From contig CAZFSR010000009.1 of NCBI GenBank assembly GCA_964521575.1, positions 10,055-74,054 of the forward strand: a stretch of DNA of 64,000 bases, read 5' to 3'. This stretch comes from an uncultured Synergistaceae bacterium. Lineage in GTDB: Bacteria > Synergistota > Synergistia > Synergistales > 79-D21. Numbering within the stretch: position 1 is the first letter of the stretch; each line of letters begins with the position of its first letter. Both the position numbers and the translations under genes were made by a program. The notes below the pieces were generated by a model. It saw only the letters and a list, made by a program, of their open reading frames with translations. It made no database searches and was not told the DNA's origin. This document shows, piece by piece, positions 47,226 to 56,261 of this stretch.

Positions 47226-47995
47226 GTGCGAGGTTGAAGCAAATCCCACGGGCCCTGTTCCTGCCGTGCATCCTCCTCCTGGGCTGGGAATTGGGGGTCC
47301 GGGCAGGATGGGTTTCCCCCATGTTCTTCCCCGCTCCGACGACGATCGCGAAGACCCTGGCCGAACTGGCGAAAAGCGGGCGTTTGGGTGCCAATCTTCT
47401 TGCCACCCTGCTACGGGTGGCCCTGGGCCTGTCGCTGGGGGTTGGCCTGGGCCTGCCGCTCGGGTTGTTGATGGGCTGGAAGCCTTCATTCCGGGCTATC
47501 GTCGATCCCATGGTTGGCGCGACTCATGCCCTTCCAAAGATCGCCATCTACCCGATCCTGATGGTCCTCTTCGGCATTGGGGACGGTTCACGGGTCGCCT
47601 TGATCACGCTGGGGGCGTTTTTTCCCATGCTGGTCAACTCCATGACTGCGGTGCGCCAAATCGATCCCCGTTATTTCGAAGTCGCGGAAAGCTACGGTGC
47701 CAAGGGGTTCCGGATCCTCTCCGAGGTCATCTGGCCGGGAAGCCTGCCCCTTGTCCTTGCGGGCTTCCGCCTGGCCCTGAACGGAGCCTTGCTGCTGGGC
47801 ATCGCAGCGGAGCTCCTCACGGCCCGGGAGGGGTTGGGCGGGATGATCTGGATGGCCTGGCAGACCTTCAGGACGGAAGAACTCTATGCGGCGCTTTTCG
47901 TCACGGGACTCCTCGGTGTGGCTTTCAACAGCCTGACGGACCTGATGGCCGGGATTCTCGTCCCATGGCGGGCAGGGACAGAAAACGGCAAATAA
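47222..47995 (+). CDS. ABC importer permease (TauC/SsuC-like)
   Basis: FFPAP, LPKIAIYP, EAA loop (EVAESYGA), GLGGMI. Confidence 0.9.
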   Translation: MSARLKQIPRALFLPCILLLGWELGVRAGWVSPMFFPAPTTIAKTLAELAKSGRLGANLLATLLRVALGLSLGVGLGLPLGLLMGWKPSFRAIVDPMVGATHALPKIAIYPILMVLFGIGDGSRVALITLGAFFPMLVNSMTAVRQIDPRYFEVAESYGAKGFRILSEVIWPGSLPLVLAGFRLALNGALLLGIAAELLTAREGLGGMIWMAWQTFRTEELYAALFVTGLLGVAFNSLTDLMAGILVPWRAGTENGK

Positions 47996-47999
47996 GAGG

Positions 48000-48689
48000 G
48001 TGAAGAAACGTTTGCAGCCGCAAAACTGGCAACCGCTCTCCCCAAGCTTTCCGGTCAAGGTCTGGACCGTTTCCGTTTCTTCGGTTCTTGGTACTTGCGG
48101 GACTGCAGGGCTTTCAGATGCCGAGCGGGACCGGTCCGGGAGGTTTCGGTGCGAGGAGGATTCGATGCGCTTCTGTGCGAGCCGCCTACTCTTGCGAGAG
48201 GTCCTCGGGAGGCATCTGGGCATGAGGCCGGGGGACCTCCAGCTAGAAAAGGCCCCCGGAGGCAAGCTCACCGTCGTTTTGCCCCCCTGCTCACCCCCCG
48301 TGTTTTTCAGCCTTTCACGGTCCGGCGATTTTTGCACCGTCGCTCTTTCAGGTTCCGCCGAGGTCGGGGTGGATATCGAAAAAACAAGGGTTTTCCCGGA
48401 CTGGCCGGCCGTAGCCCAGGCTTGGCTGAGCAAGGGAGAAAGAAGCGCCATAACGGCCCTGGTTGGAGAGAACTCCCGTGCCGAAGCTTTCTTCAGGCTG
48501 TGGTGCGCACGGGAGGCTGCGGCGAAAGCCCTGGGGCTAGGGCTTGCCCTGGATCCTCGTTCTGCGGGGAGCCTTGAGGGGATCCTGGAGGGGGGGCGGG
48601 TCGTGGCCGTGTTCGGGGGAAGAACGGTCGAAGTGGCCGAGCTGGAGGCCCCCCAAGGGTACCGGCTTGCCGTGGCAAGTGAGGCATGA
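48000..48689 (+). CDS. Sfp-type 4'-phosphopantetheinyl transferase
   Basis: GKL, FSLSRSG, VGVDIE, WCAREAAAKALGLGL; start uncertain. Confidence 0.85.
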   Translation: MKKRLQPQNWQPLSPSFPVKVWTVSVSSVLGTCGTAGLSDAERDRSGRFRCEEDSMRFCASRLLLREVLGRHLGMRPGDLQLEKAPGGKLTVVLPPCSPPVFFSLSRSGDFCTVALSGSAEVGVDIEKTRVFPDWPAVAQAWLSKGERSAITALVGENSRAEAFFRLWCAREAAAKALGLGLALDPRSAGSLEGILEGGRVVAVFGGRTVEVAELEAPQGYRLAVASEA

Positions 48690-48698
48690 GTGCTTCTG

Positions 48699-48724
48699 CA
48701 GGGGGGCGAAAGCCCCCCTTTTTC
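48699..48724 (+). repeat. right 26-bp direct repeat (terminator) of the NRPS cassette
   Basis: Identical to 42738-42763; abuts the MFS stop codon. Confidence 0.92.
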
Positions 48725-49979
48725 ATTCCCTTTCCCGGACCAGGAAGGGCAGCAGGGCAAACATAGCCAGTCCCAGCGTCGCCCCGGCGTAGAAGGGGGC
48801 ATGGGGGCCGAAGCGCAGAAAAACAAGGCCCATGACCAGGGGGCCGACGGTTTGTCCCAGCCGGAGGACCATGCCGTTGAGGGACATGAAAACGGCGCGG
48901 TTCTCTTCGGGTGCCAGGTCGGAAAGCAGGGCCTGCGTCGCGGGAATGTTCATCCCCTGGGCGCACCCGTAGAGTGCCGTGGCGAAAAGCAGGAACGGAA
49001 GCCCGGGCATCAGCGGGATCAGGACCAGGGCCAAGGCGAAGAGGATGAACGACGTCCGCAGGACGTTGCTTTCCCGATAAATCCTGCCCAGCCGTCCGGC
49101 CTGGGAGGCGAGGATGGCGTTCGAGACCGACATGGATGAGGCCATGAGGCCGATGGAAAGGGGAGAAGCCCCGAACTTCGAGGACATCAGGACGGGCAGG
49201 TAGGTGTGGAAGGATCCGTAGAGGATGACGAAGGTCGATGTGCTGGCGAGAAAGAGCCCCAGGATGCGCGGGTCGCGCGCCATGCGGGCGCCCTGCAGCA
49301 GGTAGAGCTCGAGGGGAGGTTTCGATTCGGGGAGGGGAGGGACCTTGAGGATGAAAAGGGAGGCAAGGCCCACGGGAACGGCCAATAGCGGCAGGGCGAA
49401 GGGGGCATGCCAGCCCAGAAGCCCGAGGGTCCCGCCGAGGGCGGGGTAGATGGCCGTTCCCACGCTCAGCATCCCGGCGTTGAAACCGAGGGCGTCGATG
49501 CGCTTGTTTCCCCTGTAGAGGTCCCCGACGAGGGTCACGTTCATGCCGCTGAGCGAAGCGGCCCCCATCCCCTGGAGGAATCTCAGGGCGAGGAGGAGAT
49601 CGAAGTCTCGGGTGAGGGCGCAGGAGGCCCCCGCGAGGGCGAAGAGGAAGAGCGAGGGCACGAGCACGGCCTTGCGCCCCACGCGGTCTGCCATCACGCC
49701 CAGGAAGGGCGGGAGAAAGACGCCGGGGAGCGTGAAGGCCGTAATCAGCCAGCTGACCTGGGCGGGAGAGATGCCGAGGTCAGCGGAGATGGCCGGGAAA
49801 AGGGGGGCGACGCTGGCGACCCCAAGTACGGAGATCAGGGTGACGCCGAACACGACCTGCAGATTGGCGTCTCTGCAAAGGCTGAAATCAGGCTTTCGGG
49901 ATTCCGGGGCCGAACTTTCACCCCGTTTTTTCCTCCAGGCCGATTGTGCCGCTTCCCTGACCCACTTGTTCAGCACCAT
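48723..49979 (-). CDS. MFS transporter (DHA1-like)
   Basis: GVMADRVGRK motif A, RFLQGMG, GQTVGP; about 12 TMs. Confidence 0.88.
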   Translation of the reverse strand: MVLNKWVREAAQSAWRKKRGESSAPESRKPDFSLCRDANLQVVFGVTLISVLGVASVAPLFPAISADLGISPAQVSWLITAFTLPGVFLPPFLGVMADRVGRKAVLVPSLFLFALAGASCALTRDFDLLLALRFLQGMGAASLSGMNVTLVGDLYRGNKRIDALGFNAGMLSVGTAIYPALGGTLGLLGWHAPFALPLLAVPVGLASLFILKVPPLPESKPPLELYLLQGARMARDPRILGLFLASTSTFVILYGSFHTYLPVLMSSKFGASPLSIGLMASSMSVSNAILASQAGRLGRIYRESNVLRTSFILFALALVLIPLMPGLPFLLFATALYGCAQGMNIPATQALLSDLAPEENRAVFMSLNGMVLRLGQTVGPLVMGLVFLRFGPHAPFYAGATLGLAMFALLPFLVRERE

Positions 49980-50069
49980 GAAAAGATCTCCTCCTGCGCC
50001 AACAGTTTAGCAGCTATCTCCTGCTACAATTCCCCTTAGGAAACGGGTGCCTAAGGGGGTGAAGCAACG

Positions 50070-50672
50070 ATGGAAAAGCGTGCGGAAAGCGATTACCCGA
50101 TCGAGGTCCTTTTGGCGCGAAGATGGAGCCCGAGGGTTTTTTCGGGAAGAAGCGTGGATGCGGAAACCGTGTGCAGCCTTCTCGAGGCGGCCCGGTGGGC
50201 TCCGTCCTGCTTCAACGAACAGCCCTGGAGTTTCATCGTGGCGACGAAGGAGGATCCTGGGGCGTTCAGTGACCTTCTCGGCTGCCTTCGCGAGGCCAAC
50301 CAGGCCTGGGCGAAGCATGCACCGGTGCTCATGGTGGCGGTCGCCAAGGCGGCCTTCGACCACAACGGCAAGCCGAACCGCCACGCGGGGCACGACGTGG
50401 GGCTGGCTGTGGAGAATCTCATGCTCCAGGCGGTTTCGATGGGGATGTTCGCTCACGCCATGGCGGGGTTCGACGCAGCGAAAGTGAGGGAACGTTACGG
50501 GGTGCCGGAAGGGCACGACCCTCTCGTGGCGATCGCGGTGGGCTACCCGGGGGATCCCGGGGATCTCCCCGACGACTTGAAGGAAAAGGAGCTGGCCCCG
50601 CGGGAGAGAAAACCTCTCGGCCGCTTCGTGTTCGGGCTGTCCTGGGGAAAGCCCTGGAGCGGCCTTCGGTGA
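50070..50672 (+). CDS. nitroreductase family protein
   Basis: RRWSPRVF, AARWAPSCFNEQPW, HDVG, AVGYPG. Confidence 0.9.
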   Translation: MEKRAESDYPIEVLLARRWSPRVFSGRSVDAETVCSLLEAARWAPSCFNEQPWSFIVATKEDPGAFSDLLGCLREANQAWAKHAPVLMVAVAKAAFDHNGKPNRHAGHDVGLAVENLMLQAVSMGMFAHAMAGFDAAKVRERYGVPEGHDPLVAIAVGYPGDPGDLPDDLKEKELAPRERKPLGRFVFGLSWGKPWSGLR

Positions 50673-50718
50673 GAAAGGGCCGTGTTTGGAAGCCGACAGT
50701 GCAGAAGGGGGAGTTCGA

Positions 50719-51081
50719 ATGATCCGAAAGGCTTCGGAATTGTCGAGGATTCGCAGGGAAGCGTTCACCAACGGGGTGGGAGGGGGGTTTGCCACCCACG
50801 CGCTTCCGCCGGGGGAGAATGTCCCCGGGAGCCGGTTCCAGATGGTTTCCCGGATCGAGCTGGATCCGGGGTCGAGCATCGGGGCCCATCTTCACGCGGA
50901 GAACGAGGAGATTTACTGGATCCTTTCCGGAGAGGGCGTGTACAACGAGGACGGCCGGGAGGTTCCCGCCGTCCCGGGCGACGTTTTCATCGCCCTGCAG
51001 GGGCACAGCCATGGCCTGAAGAACACGGGGTCCGGCCCGCTCGAGATGATCGCGGTGATCGCTGCCGACCGGAATCCCTGA
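50719..51081 (+). CDS. cupin domain protein
   Basis: GAHLHAENEEIYWILSGEG, GHSHGLKN. Confidence 0.88.
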   Translation: MIRKASELSRIRREAFTNGVGGGFATHALPPGENVPGSRFQMVSRIELDPGSSIGAHLHAENEEIYWILSGEGVYNEDGREVPAVPGDVFIALQGHSHGLKNTGSGPLEMIAVIAADRNP

Positions 51082-51088
51082 GAACCGC

Positions 51089-51610
51089 CTAGAGAATCGC
51101 GAGCCCCGCCAGCCCGAACAGGAGGAAAAGGGCTGGCGGGTTTTCCCTGAAGAAACGGAACCGGAGGGCCGCGATCCCCGCTGCGAAGAGCAGGGCGGGA
51201 AGGATGCCCGAAAAGGCCGTCTGGGCCAGGGGCAGGAACGCCAGGGTCAAAAGGGCGGCCACAGTGGGTCTCAGGGCGTTCCTGAAACGGTCCATGCACC
51301 CTTCGGGGCCGCACTTGAGCAGGGCAGAAACGGCGATGACGATAATCAGCGGGGCGCCGCAGACGGAGAGGGTGGCCACCGTCGCCCCGGTGAACCCGGC
51401 GCGCTGGAAGCCGACGAATGTGGCGGCATTCACGGCGATGGGGCCGGGGGTCACCTGGGCCAGGGCGAGGACCTGGTTGAAGCCGTCGAGGGTCAGCCAG
51501 CGGTAGTTGTCCACCAGGATGTGCCGGATCAGGGGAAGGGTCGAGATCCCGCCGCCGAAAGCCCCGATTCCCACTTGGGCGAAGCCCCAGGCCAGCTTCA
51601 GCAGTTCCAT
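51089..51610 (-). CDS. short-chain chromate-ion transporter subunit (ChrA family)
   Basis: GAFGGG, AQVTPGPIAVNAATFVG. Confidence 0.88.
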   Translation of the reverse strand: MELLKLAWGFAQVGIGAFGGGISTLPLIRHILVDNYRWLTLDGFNQVLALAQVTPGPIAVNAATFVGFQRAGFTGATVATLSVCGAPLIIVIAVSALLKCGPEGCMDRFRNALRPTVAALLTLAFLPLAQTAFSGILPALLFAAGIAALRFRFFRENPPALFLLFGLAGLAIL

Positions 51611-52140
51611 CGGTTTCCCTCCGGAAGAACGAGGCGGAGCCCGACCCCGCAGGCCATGGCGACCAGTGGGTGGAGGCCTGCCCACAAAATGAGGGCGATC
51701 ACCAGGGCATAGGGAAGGAAATTGATCCAGCGCGCCTTTCCCACGAGGGAACGCTTGACTTCCCCCCACACCAGGGTGGCGACGAGTGCGGCCACCGCGC
51801 AGAGGACGCCCTTGAAGAAGGCCGCCAGGAGCACGGAATCCCGGTGGCCCATCACGAAGCCGGAAAGGATGAGGATGGCGGAGAAAGGGGGGACCAGGAT
51901 TCCCGCCACGGAGGCAAGAGCCCCGGGTATCCCCGCGATCTTCCGGCCGGCCAGCCATGCCGAGCTCGTCGCGATGGGGCCGGGCATGGAGGTCGCCAGG
52001 GCGGCGATGTCGGACATCTCCTCTTCCGGGAAACCCCGCTTACGGAGTTCGGTTTTTGCCATCGCCAGGATGGCGATGCCGCCGCCGAAGGTGACGGCGC
52101 TGATTTTGAAGAACATGAGGAAGAGGGCCATAGGGCTCAT
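51598..52140 (-). CDS. short-chain chromate-ion transporter subunit (ChrA family)
   Basis: TFGGG, SMPGPIA, ILVPP. Confidence 0.88.
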   Translation of the reverse strand: MSPMALFLMFFKISAVTFGGGIAILAMAKTELRKRGFPEEEMSDIAALATSMPGPIATSSAWLAGRKIAGIPGALASVAGILVPPFSAILILSGFVMGHRDSVLLAAFFKGVLCAVAALVATLVWGEVKRSLVGKARWINFLPYALVIALILWAGLHPLVAMACGVGLRLVLPEGNRWNC

Positions 52141-52216
52141 TCTGCGGTTCTCCTTCCGGGTGCGCATCGGTTCCATTTTAACCGAAGCGCGGGAACCCCT
52201 TTTCGGATGCCCCCAT

Positions 52217-52247
52217 ACTTGCAAGTGATTTGCAAATACACTATCAT
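52217..52247 (+). promoter_or_regulatory. promoter with a Fur/Zur-type operator
   Basis: ACTTGCAAGT-G-ATTTGCAAAT (TTGCAA-N5-TTGCAA) overlapping -35 TTGCAA, 17 bp, -10 TATCAT. Confidence 0.7.
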
Positions 52248-52254
52248 CCTTTCC

Positions 52255-52701
52255 ATGGAAACCCTTTGCAATGCAGCCCTGCTGCTGAAGTCGAACGGGA
52301 TGCGGGTCACCCCGGCGCGCGTTCTCCTGCTGGAAGCCCTCCATTCCGGGAGAGGGCTTTTCACGGCGCAGGAACTTCATGGATTCCTGCCGGCCGGGAG
52401 CGCCGACCTTGTCACCGTCTACCGCTTCCTGGCCCTTCTCGTCAAGGCGAGGCTCGCGCGTGAGGTCGCCGGAACGGACGGCGTCGCCTACTACGAGATG
52501 GCCTGCAGGCACAACCCGGTCCATCCGCATTTCGAATGTCTCGGCTGCGGCAGGATCCTATGCCTGCCGGTTTTCCTGGAGGAAGATTCCGACCGGGTTT
52601 ATGCCTACGGAGAAGGACACGACATCGAGAGCGTTTCTGTTGTCTTCCGGGGAACCTGCTCGGAATGCCTGGCAAAGGCAGAGAAGGAGGAAAAAGGATG
52701 A
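52255..52701 (+). CDS. Fur-family regulator (probably Zur)
   Basis: MRVTPAR, TVYRFL, HPHFECLGCG, GTCSEC; heads the znuACB operon. Confidence 0.88.
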   Translation: METLCNAALLLKSNGMRVTPARVLLLEALHSGRGLFTAQELHGFLPAGSADLVTVYRFLALLVKARLAREVAGTDGVAYYEMACRHNPVHPHFECLGCGRILCLPVFLEEDSDRVYAYGEGHDIESVSVVFRGTCSECLAKAEKEEKG

Positions 52702-53549
52702 AACGTTTGATTCTTCTGTTGCTGATGGCCAGCCTGCCGACCGTTTTCGTCGGCTTTCTCCTTCACCGCCCTGTTTCCGCCGGCCCCTTGAAGGTGTTCG
52801 TCAGCGTCCCGCCGCAAAAGTACTTCGTGGAACGTGTGGGGGGAAACCGGGTCCGGGTGTCCGTCCTGATTCCTCCGGGGGCGGATCCCCACACCTTCGA
52901 ACCGCGGCCCGCCTCCATGGTCGAGCTCTCCCAGGCCCGGGCCTGGTTCACGATCGGGGTCCCCTTCGAGGACAACCTGTTGCCGAGAGTTGCCCCGATG
53001 AACCCGGAACTCGAGATCGTCCGGACCGAGAAGGGGATCGTCCGGACCGAATCGGCCCACGGGAGTGCCGATCCCCATATCTGGCTCTCTCCGCGCCTGG
53101 TGAAGAGCCAGGCGGAAAACATCCTGGCCGGGCTCATCAAGGCCGACCCCGCCGGGGAGAGGATATACCGGTCCAATGCGAGGCGTTTCCAGGCCGAGCT
53201 GGATGCCCTTGACCGGGAATTCAAAACCCTTTTTGCACCCGCCAGGGAAAAGTCGTTCCTGGTGTTTCACCCGTCCTGGGGTTACCTCGCCGCGGATTAC
53301 GGGCTCCGGCAGATCGCCATAGAGGTCGAAGGGAAGGAGCCGAAGGGGGCTGAGCTTTCCCGGATTATCGACCTGGCGAAAGAAAAGAGGATCCGGGTGA
53401 TCTTTGTCGAGCCCCAGTTTTCTTCCCGAAGTGCCGGAACGATCGCCGAGTCGATCGGGGCGAAGGTCGTGACGGCCGACCCCTTGGCGGCCAACTGGGC
53501 CGACAACCTGCGCAAGGCGGCCCGGGCCTTCTCCCAGGCTGCACGCTAG
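52698..53549 (+). CDS. znuA: zinc/metal ABC substrate-binding protein
   Basis: DPHTFEP, DPHIWLSP, FHPSWGY, FVEPQF. Confidence 0.9.
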   Translation: MKRLILLLLMASLPTVFVGFLLHRPVSAGPLKVFVSVPPQKYFVERVGGNRVRVSVLIPPGADPHTFEPRPASMVELSQARAWFTIGVPFEDNLLPRVAPMNPELEIVRTEKGIVRTESAHGSADPHIWLSPRLVKSQAENILAGLIKADPAGERIYRSNARRFQAELDALDREFKTLFAPAREKSFLVFHPSWGYLAADYGLRQIAIEVEGKEPKGAELSRIIDLAKEKRIRVIFVEPQFSSRSAGTIAESIGAKVVTADPLAANWADNLRKAARAFSQAAR

Positions 53550-53559
53550 CCGCAAAACC

Positions 53560-54360
53560 ATGGAAAACCGTGCGTACGACATCGAGCTGAGGGATGTCAG
53601 GTTTGCCTACAACGGGTCTGGCCCCGTGCTGGACGGGGTTTCCCTTGCCGTCAGGCCGAAGGAGTTCCTGGCGGTCCTGGGGCCGAACGGCGGGGGCAAA
53701 AGCACCTTGCTCCGAGTCATCCTCGGGCTTCTCGAACCCCAGGCCGGAACGGTTCGGCTGCTGGGTAGCCCCCCGGCGGAATCTGTGCGTCGCGTGGGAT
53801 ATGTTCCCCAGGACGCGAATTCGAACCGGGGCTTTCCCGTTTCGGTGGAAGACGTGGTCCTCATGGGCCGTTTCAGCGGGAAAGGCGCGCGATGGAAAGC
53901 CGGGGCCGAAGACCGGCGCGCGGCGGAAGAGGCCATGGCCCGGATGGGAATCCTGTCCGAGCGCCGGAAACGGATCGGGGAGCTTTCACAGGGACAACGC
54001 CAGCGTGTGGCGATTGCCAGGGCCCTGGCCGTGGAACCGGAGCTCCTGGTTCTCGACGAGCCCACCGCCAGCGTGGACCTGCAGACCCAGGCGGCTCTCC
54101 ACGAGATCCTGAAGGAGTTGAACCGCAGCATCACGATCGTCATGGTGAGCCACGACCTGACGGCCCTTACCAGTTGTGCGACTTCGGTGGCGTGCGTCAA
54201 CCGCACTCTTTTCCACCACGACCGCGCCGAGCTGACCGCCGAGATGTTCCAGTCGGCCTACGGCAGTTGTCCGGTCGAGCTCATCGCTCACGGGATCCCG
54301 CACCGGGTCCTGCATCGCCACGAAAACAACACCGGGCAAGGGGACCAGGATCATGCTTGA
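53560..54360 (+). CDS. znuC: zinc/metal ABC ATP-binding protein
   Basis: [31 protein letters not shown] tail. Confidence 0.9.
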   Translation: MENRAYDIELRDVRFAYNGSGPVLDGVSLAVRPKEFLAVLGPNGGGKSTLLRVILGLLEPQAGTVRLLGSPPAESVRRVGYVPQDANSNRGFPVSVEDVVLMGRFSGKGARWKAGAEDRRAAEEAMARMGILSERRKRIGELSQGQRQRVAIARALAVEPELLVLDEPTASVDLQTQAALHEILKELNRSITIVMVSHDLTALTSCATSVACVNRTLFHHDRAELTAEMFQSAYGSCPVELIAHGIPHRVLHRHENNTGQGDQDHA

Positions 54361-55186
54361 CGCCCTCCAGTTCGGCTTCATGAGGAACGCCCTGTTCGCG
54401 GGGCTTCTGGTCAGCCTCGCCTGCGGGATCATCGGGACCCTGGTCGTGGCCAACCGTCTTGTCTTCCTCGCGGGAGGCATCGCGCATTCAGCCTACGGAG
54501 GCGTCGGGCTCGCGCTCTATTTCGGCTTCTCTCCCTTTTTCGGGGCGATGGGCTTCAGCCTTGCGATGGCTCTGCTTCTCTCGGCCATCACCGTGAAGGG
54601 CAGGAACCGGGCGGATACCGCGGTAGGGGTTCTCTGGGCCGTGGGCATGGCCCTGGGGGTTATCCTCGTCGACCTGTCGCCCGGGTACAGGGCCGATCTC
54701 ATGAGCCTGCTTTTCGGAAGCATCCTCACCGTGAGTTACCGGGAACTCTGGCTGATGGGGGGAACGACGGTCCTCGTCGCCGGGGTCGTGGCCCTGAAGT
54801 ACCGGGACCTGCTGGTCCTCTCATACGACCCGGAATTTGCCGCGACGCGCGGGTTGGACGTGGTCGGCCTGCATACGCTGCTGCTCCTCCTCGTGGCGGC
54901 CGGTACAGTGGTGGCCATCCACGCTGTGGGGCTGATCCTGGTCATTGCCCTCTTCACCATTCCGCCGACCCTGGCGGAACGGTCCTGCCGCTCCCTGGCC
55001 TCGATGATGGCCGTCTCGGCCGCCTGGAGCGCGCTATTCACCTTCCTCGGGCTGGATCTCTCCTACCGGTTCAACCTCACTTCCGGCGCCACCATCATCC
55101 TGGTCGCGGCCTTTGCCTTCTTCCTGTTCTCGATCCGGGACGCAAAAGGCAGGGGCGGGATCCGGAAGACCCCGCCCCAGTCCTGA
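54353..55186 (+). CDS. znuB: zinc/metal ABC permease
   Basis: GIAHSAYGG, LFGSIL, VGLIL, TSGATII. Confidence 0.9.
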   Translation: MLDALQFGFMRNALFAGLLVSLACGIIGTLVVANRLVFLAGGIAHSAYGGVGLALYFGFSPFFGAMGFSLAMALLLSAITVKGRNRADTAVGVLWAVGMALGVILVDLSPGYRADLMSLLFGSILTVSYRELWLMGGTTVLVAGVVALKYRDLLVLSYDPEFAATRGLDVVGLHTLLLLLVAAGTVVAIHAVGLILVIALFTIPPTLAERSCRSLASMMAVSAAWSALFTFLGLDLSYRFNLTSGATIILVAAFAFFLFSIRDAKGRGGIRKTPPQS

Positions 55187-55208
55187 TCCCGGTTTCCCGA
55201 GTGCCCGC

Positions 55209-56213
55209 TCAGGGCGCGAGGATGATCTTGCCGAAGTGCTCGGCCCGCTCCATCCGCTCGTGGGCCAGGGCGGCATCCTTCAAGGGCATGACGGTATCGA
55301 TGACGGGTCGGATCCGGTCCTCTTCGACCAGCCGGAAAACACGCTTGATCTCTTCGGGGGTTCCTCCGTACGAGCCGAAGGCGGCGATTTCCTTCCGGTA
55401 GATTTCCTGAAGGTTGACATGGACCTCGGCTCCCGAGGTGGAACCGCAAAAGGCGATTCGCCCCCCGCGGCGGAGGGAAGCGATGCTGCGGCCCCAGGTC
55501 GCCTTGCCGACTGTTTCCAGGACCAGGTCCACTCCCCGGTTTTTCGTGAGGCGGCGGACCTCCGCCGAGAAGTCGCTTCCAGAGTCGATGACGGCATCTG
55601 CTCCCAGGTCGTACAGGCGGGTTCCCTTGTGGGTGTCGCGCGTGGTGGCGTACACTCGGGCCCCGATCGAACTGGCCAGCTGGACCGCCGCCACCCCGAT
55701 CCCTCCCGTGGCTCCCACGACGAGGACGGATTCGCCGGGCTGCAGGTTGCCCCGGGTGATGGCCATTCGGTAGACAGTGGTGGAAGTGAGGGGAATGGAG
55801 GCGGCTTCCTCGAAGCTGAGCTTCGAAGGCTTGTGCAGCAAGGCATGGGCCGGGACGGAGACGTACTCCGCGTAGCAGCCGTCCCGTGCGACCCCGAAAA
55901 TGCGGACCGAAAGGTTAGGGGGGTCTTCGTAGGGGCGATCCGGGAAAATCCAGGGGGTCACCACGACTTCGTCCCCTTTTCGGAAATCGGGAACCCCCGG
56001 CCCTACGGATTCGACTGTCCCTGCCCCCTCGCAGCCCGGGATGATAGGCATCGGCGCGAAGACGGACCCCAGCCTCATCCAGATGTCCAGGTGGTTCACC
56101 GCTGCGGCAGCCAGCTTGACGAGGACTTCCCCGGCCGAAAGTCCCGGCTGCTCCGTTTCCTCCCGTTTGAGCACCTCAGCCGGGCCTGGAGCGTGCACAC
56201 GTATCGCCTGCAT
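55209..56213 (-). CDS. MDR-family NAD(P)H:quinone oxidoreductase / zinc-binding ADH-like
   Basis: PGCEGAG, GCYAEYV, GATGGIG, HFGKIIL. Confidence 0.85.
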   Translation of the reverse strand: MQAIRVHAPGPAEVLKREETEQPGLSAGEVLVKLAAAAVNHLDIWMRLGSVFAPMPIIPGCEGAGTVESVGPGVPDFRKGDEVVVTPWIFPDRPYEDPPNLSVRIFGVARDGCYAEYVSVPAHALLHKPSKLSFEEAASIPLTSTTVYRMAITRGNLQPGESVLVVGATGGIGVAAVQLASSIGARVYATTRDTHKGTRLYDLGADAVIDSGSDFSAEVRRLTKNRGVDLVLETVGKATWGRSIASLRRGGRIAFCGSTSGAEVHVNLQEIYRKEIAAFGSYGGTPEEIKRVFRLVEEDRIRPVIDTVMPLKDAALAHERMERAEHFGKIILAP

Positions 56214-56261
56214 CGGTCATCCCCCCTGGCAGTTCCTGCCTGTGAAATCGAACATGACGGG

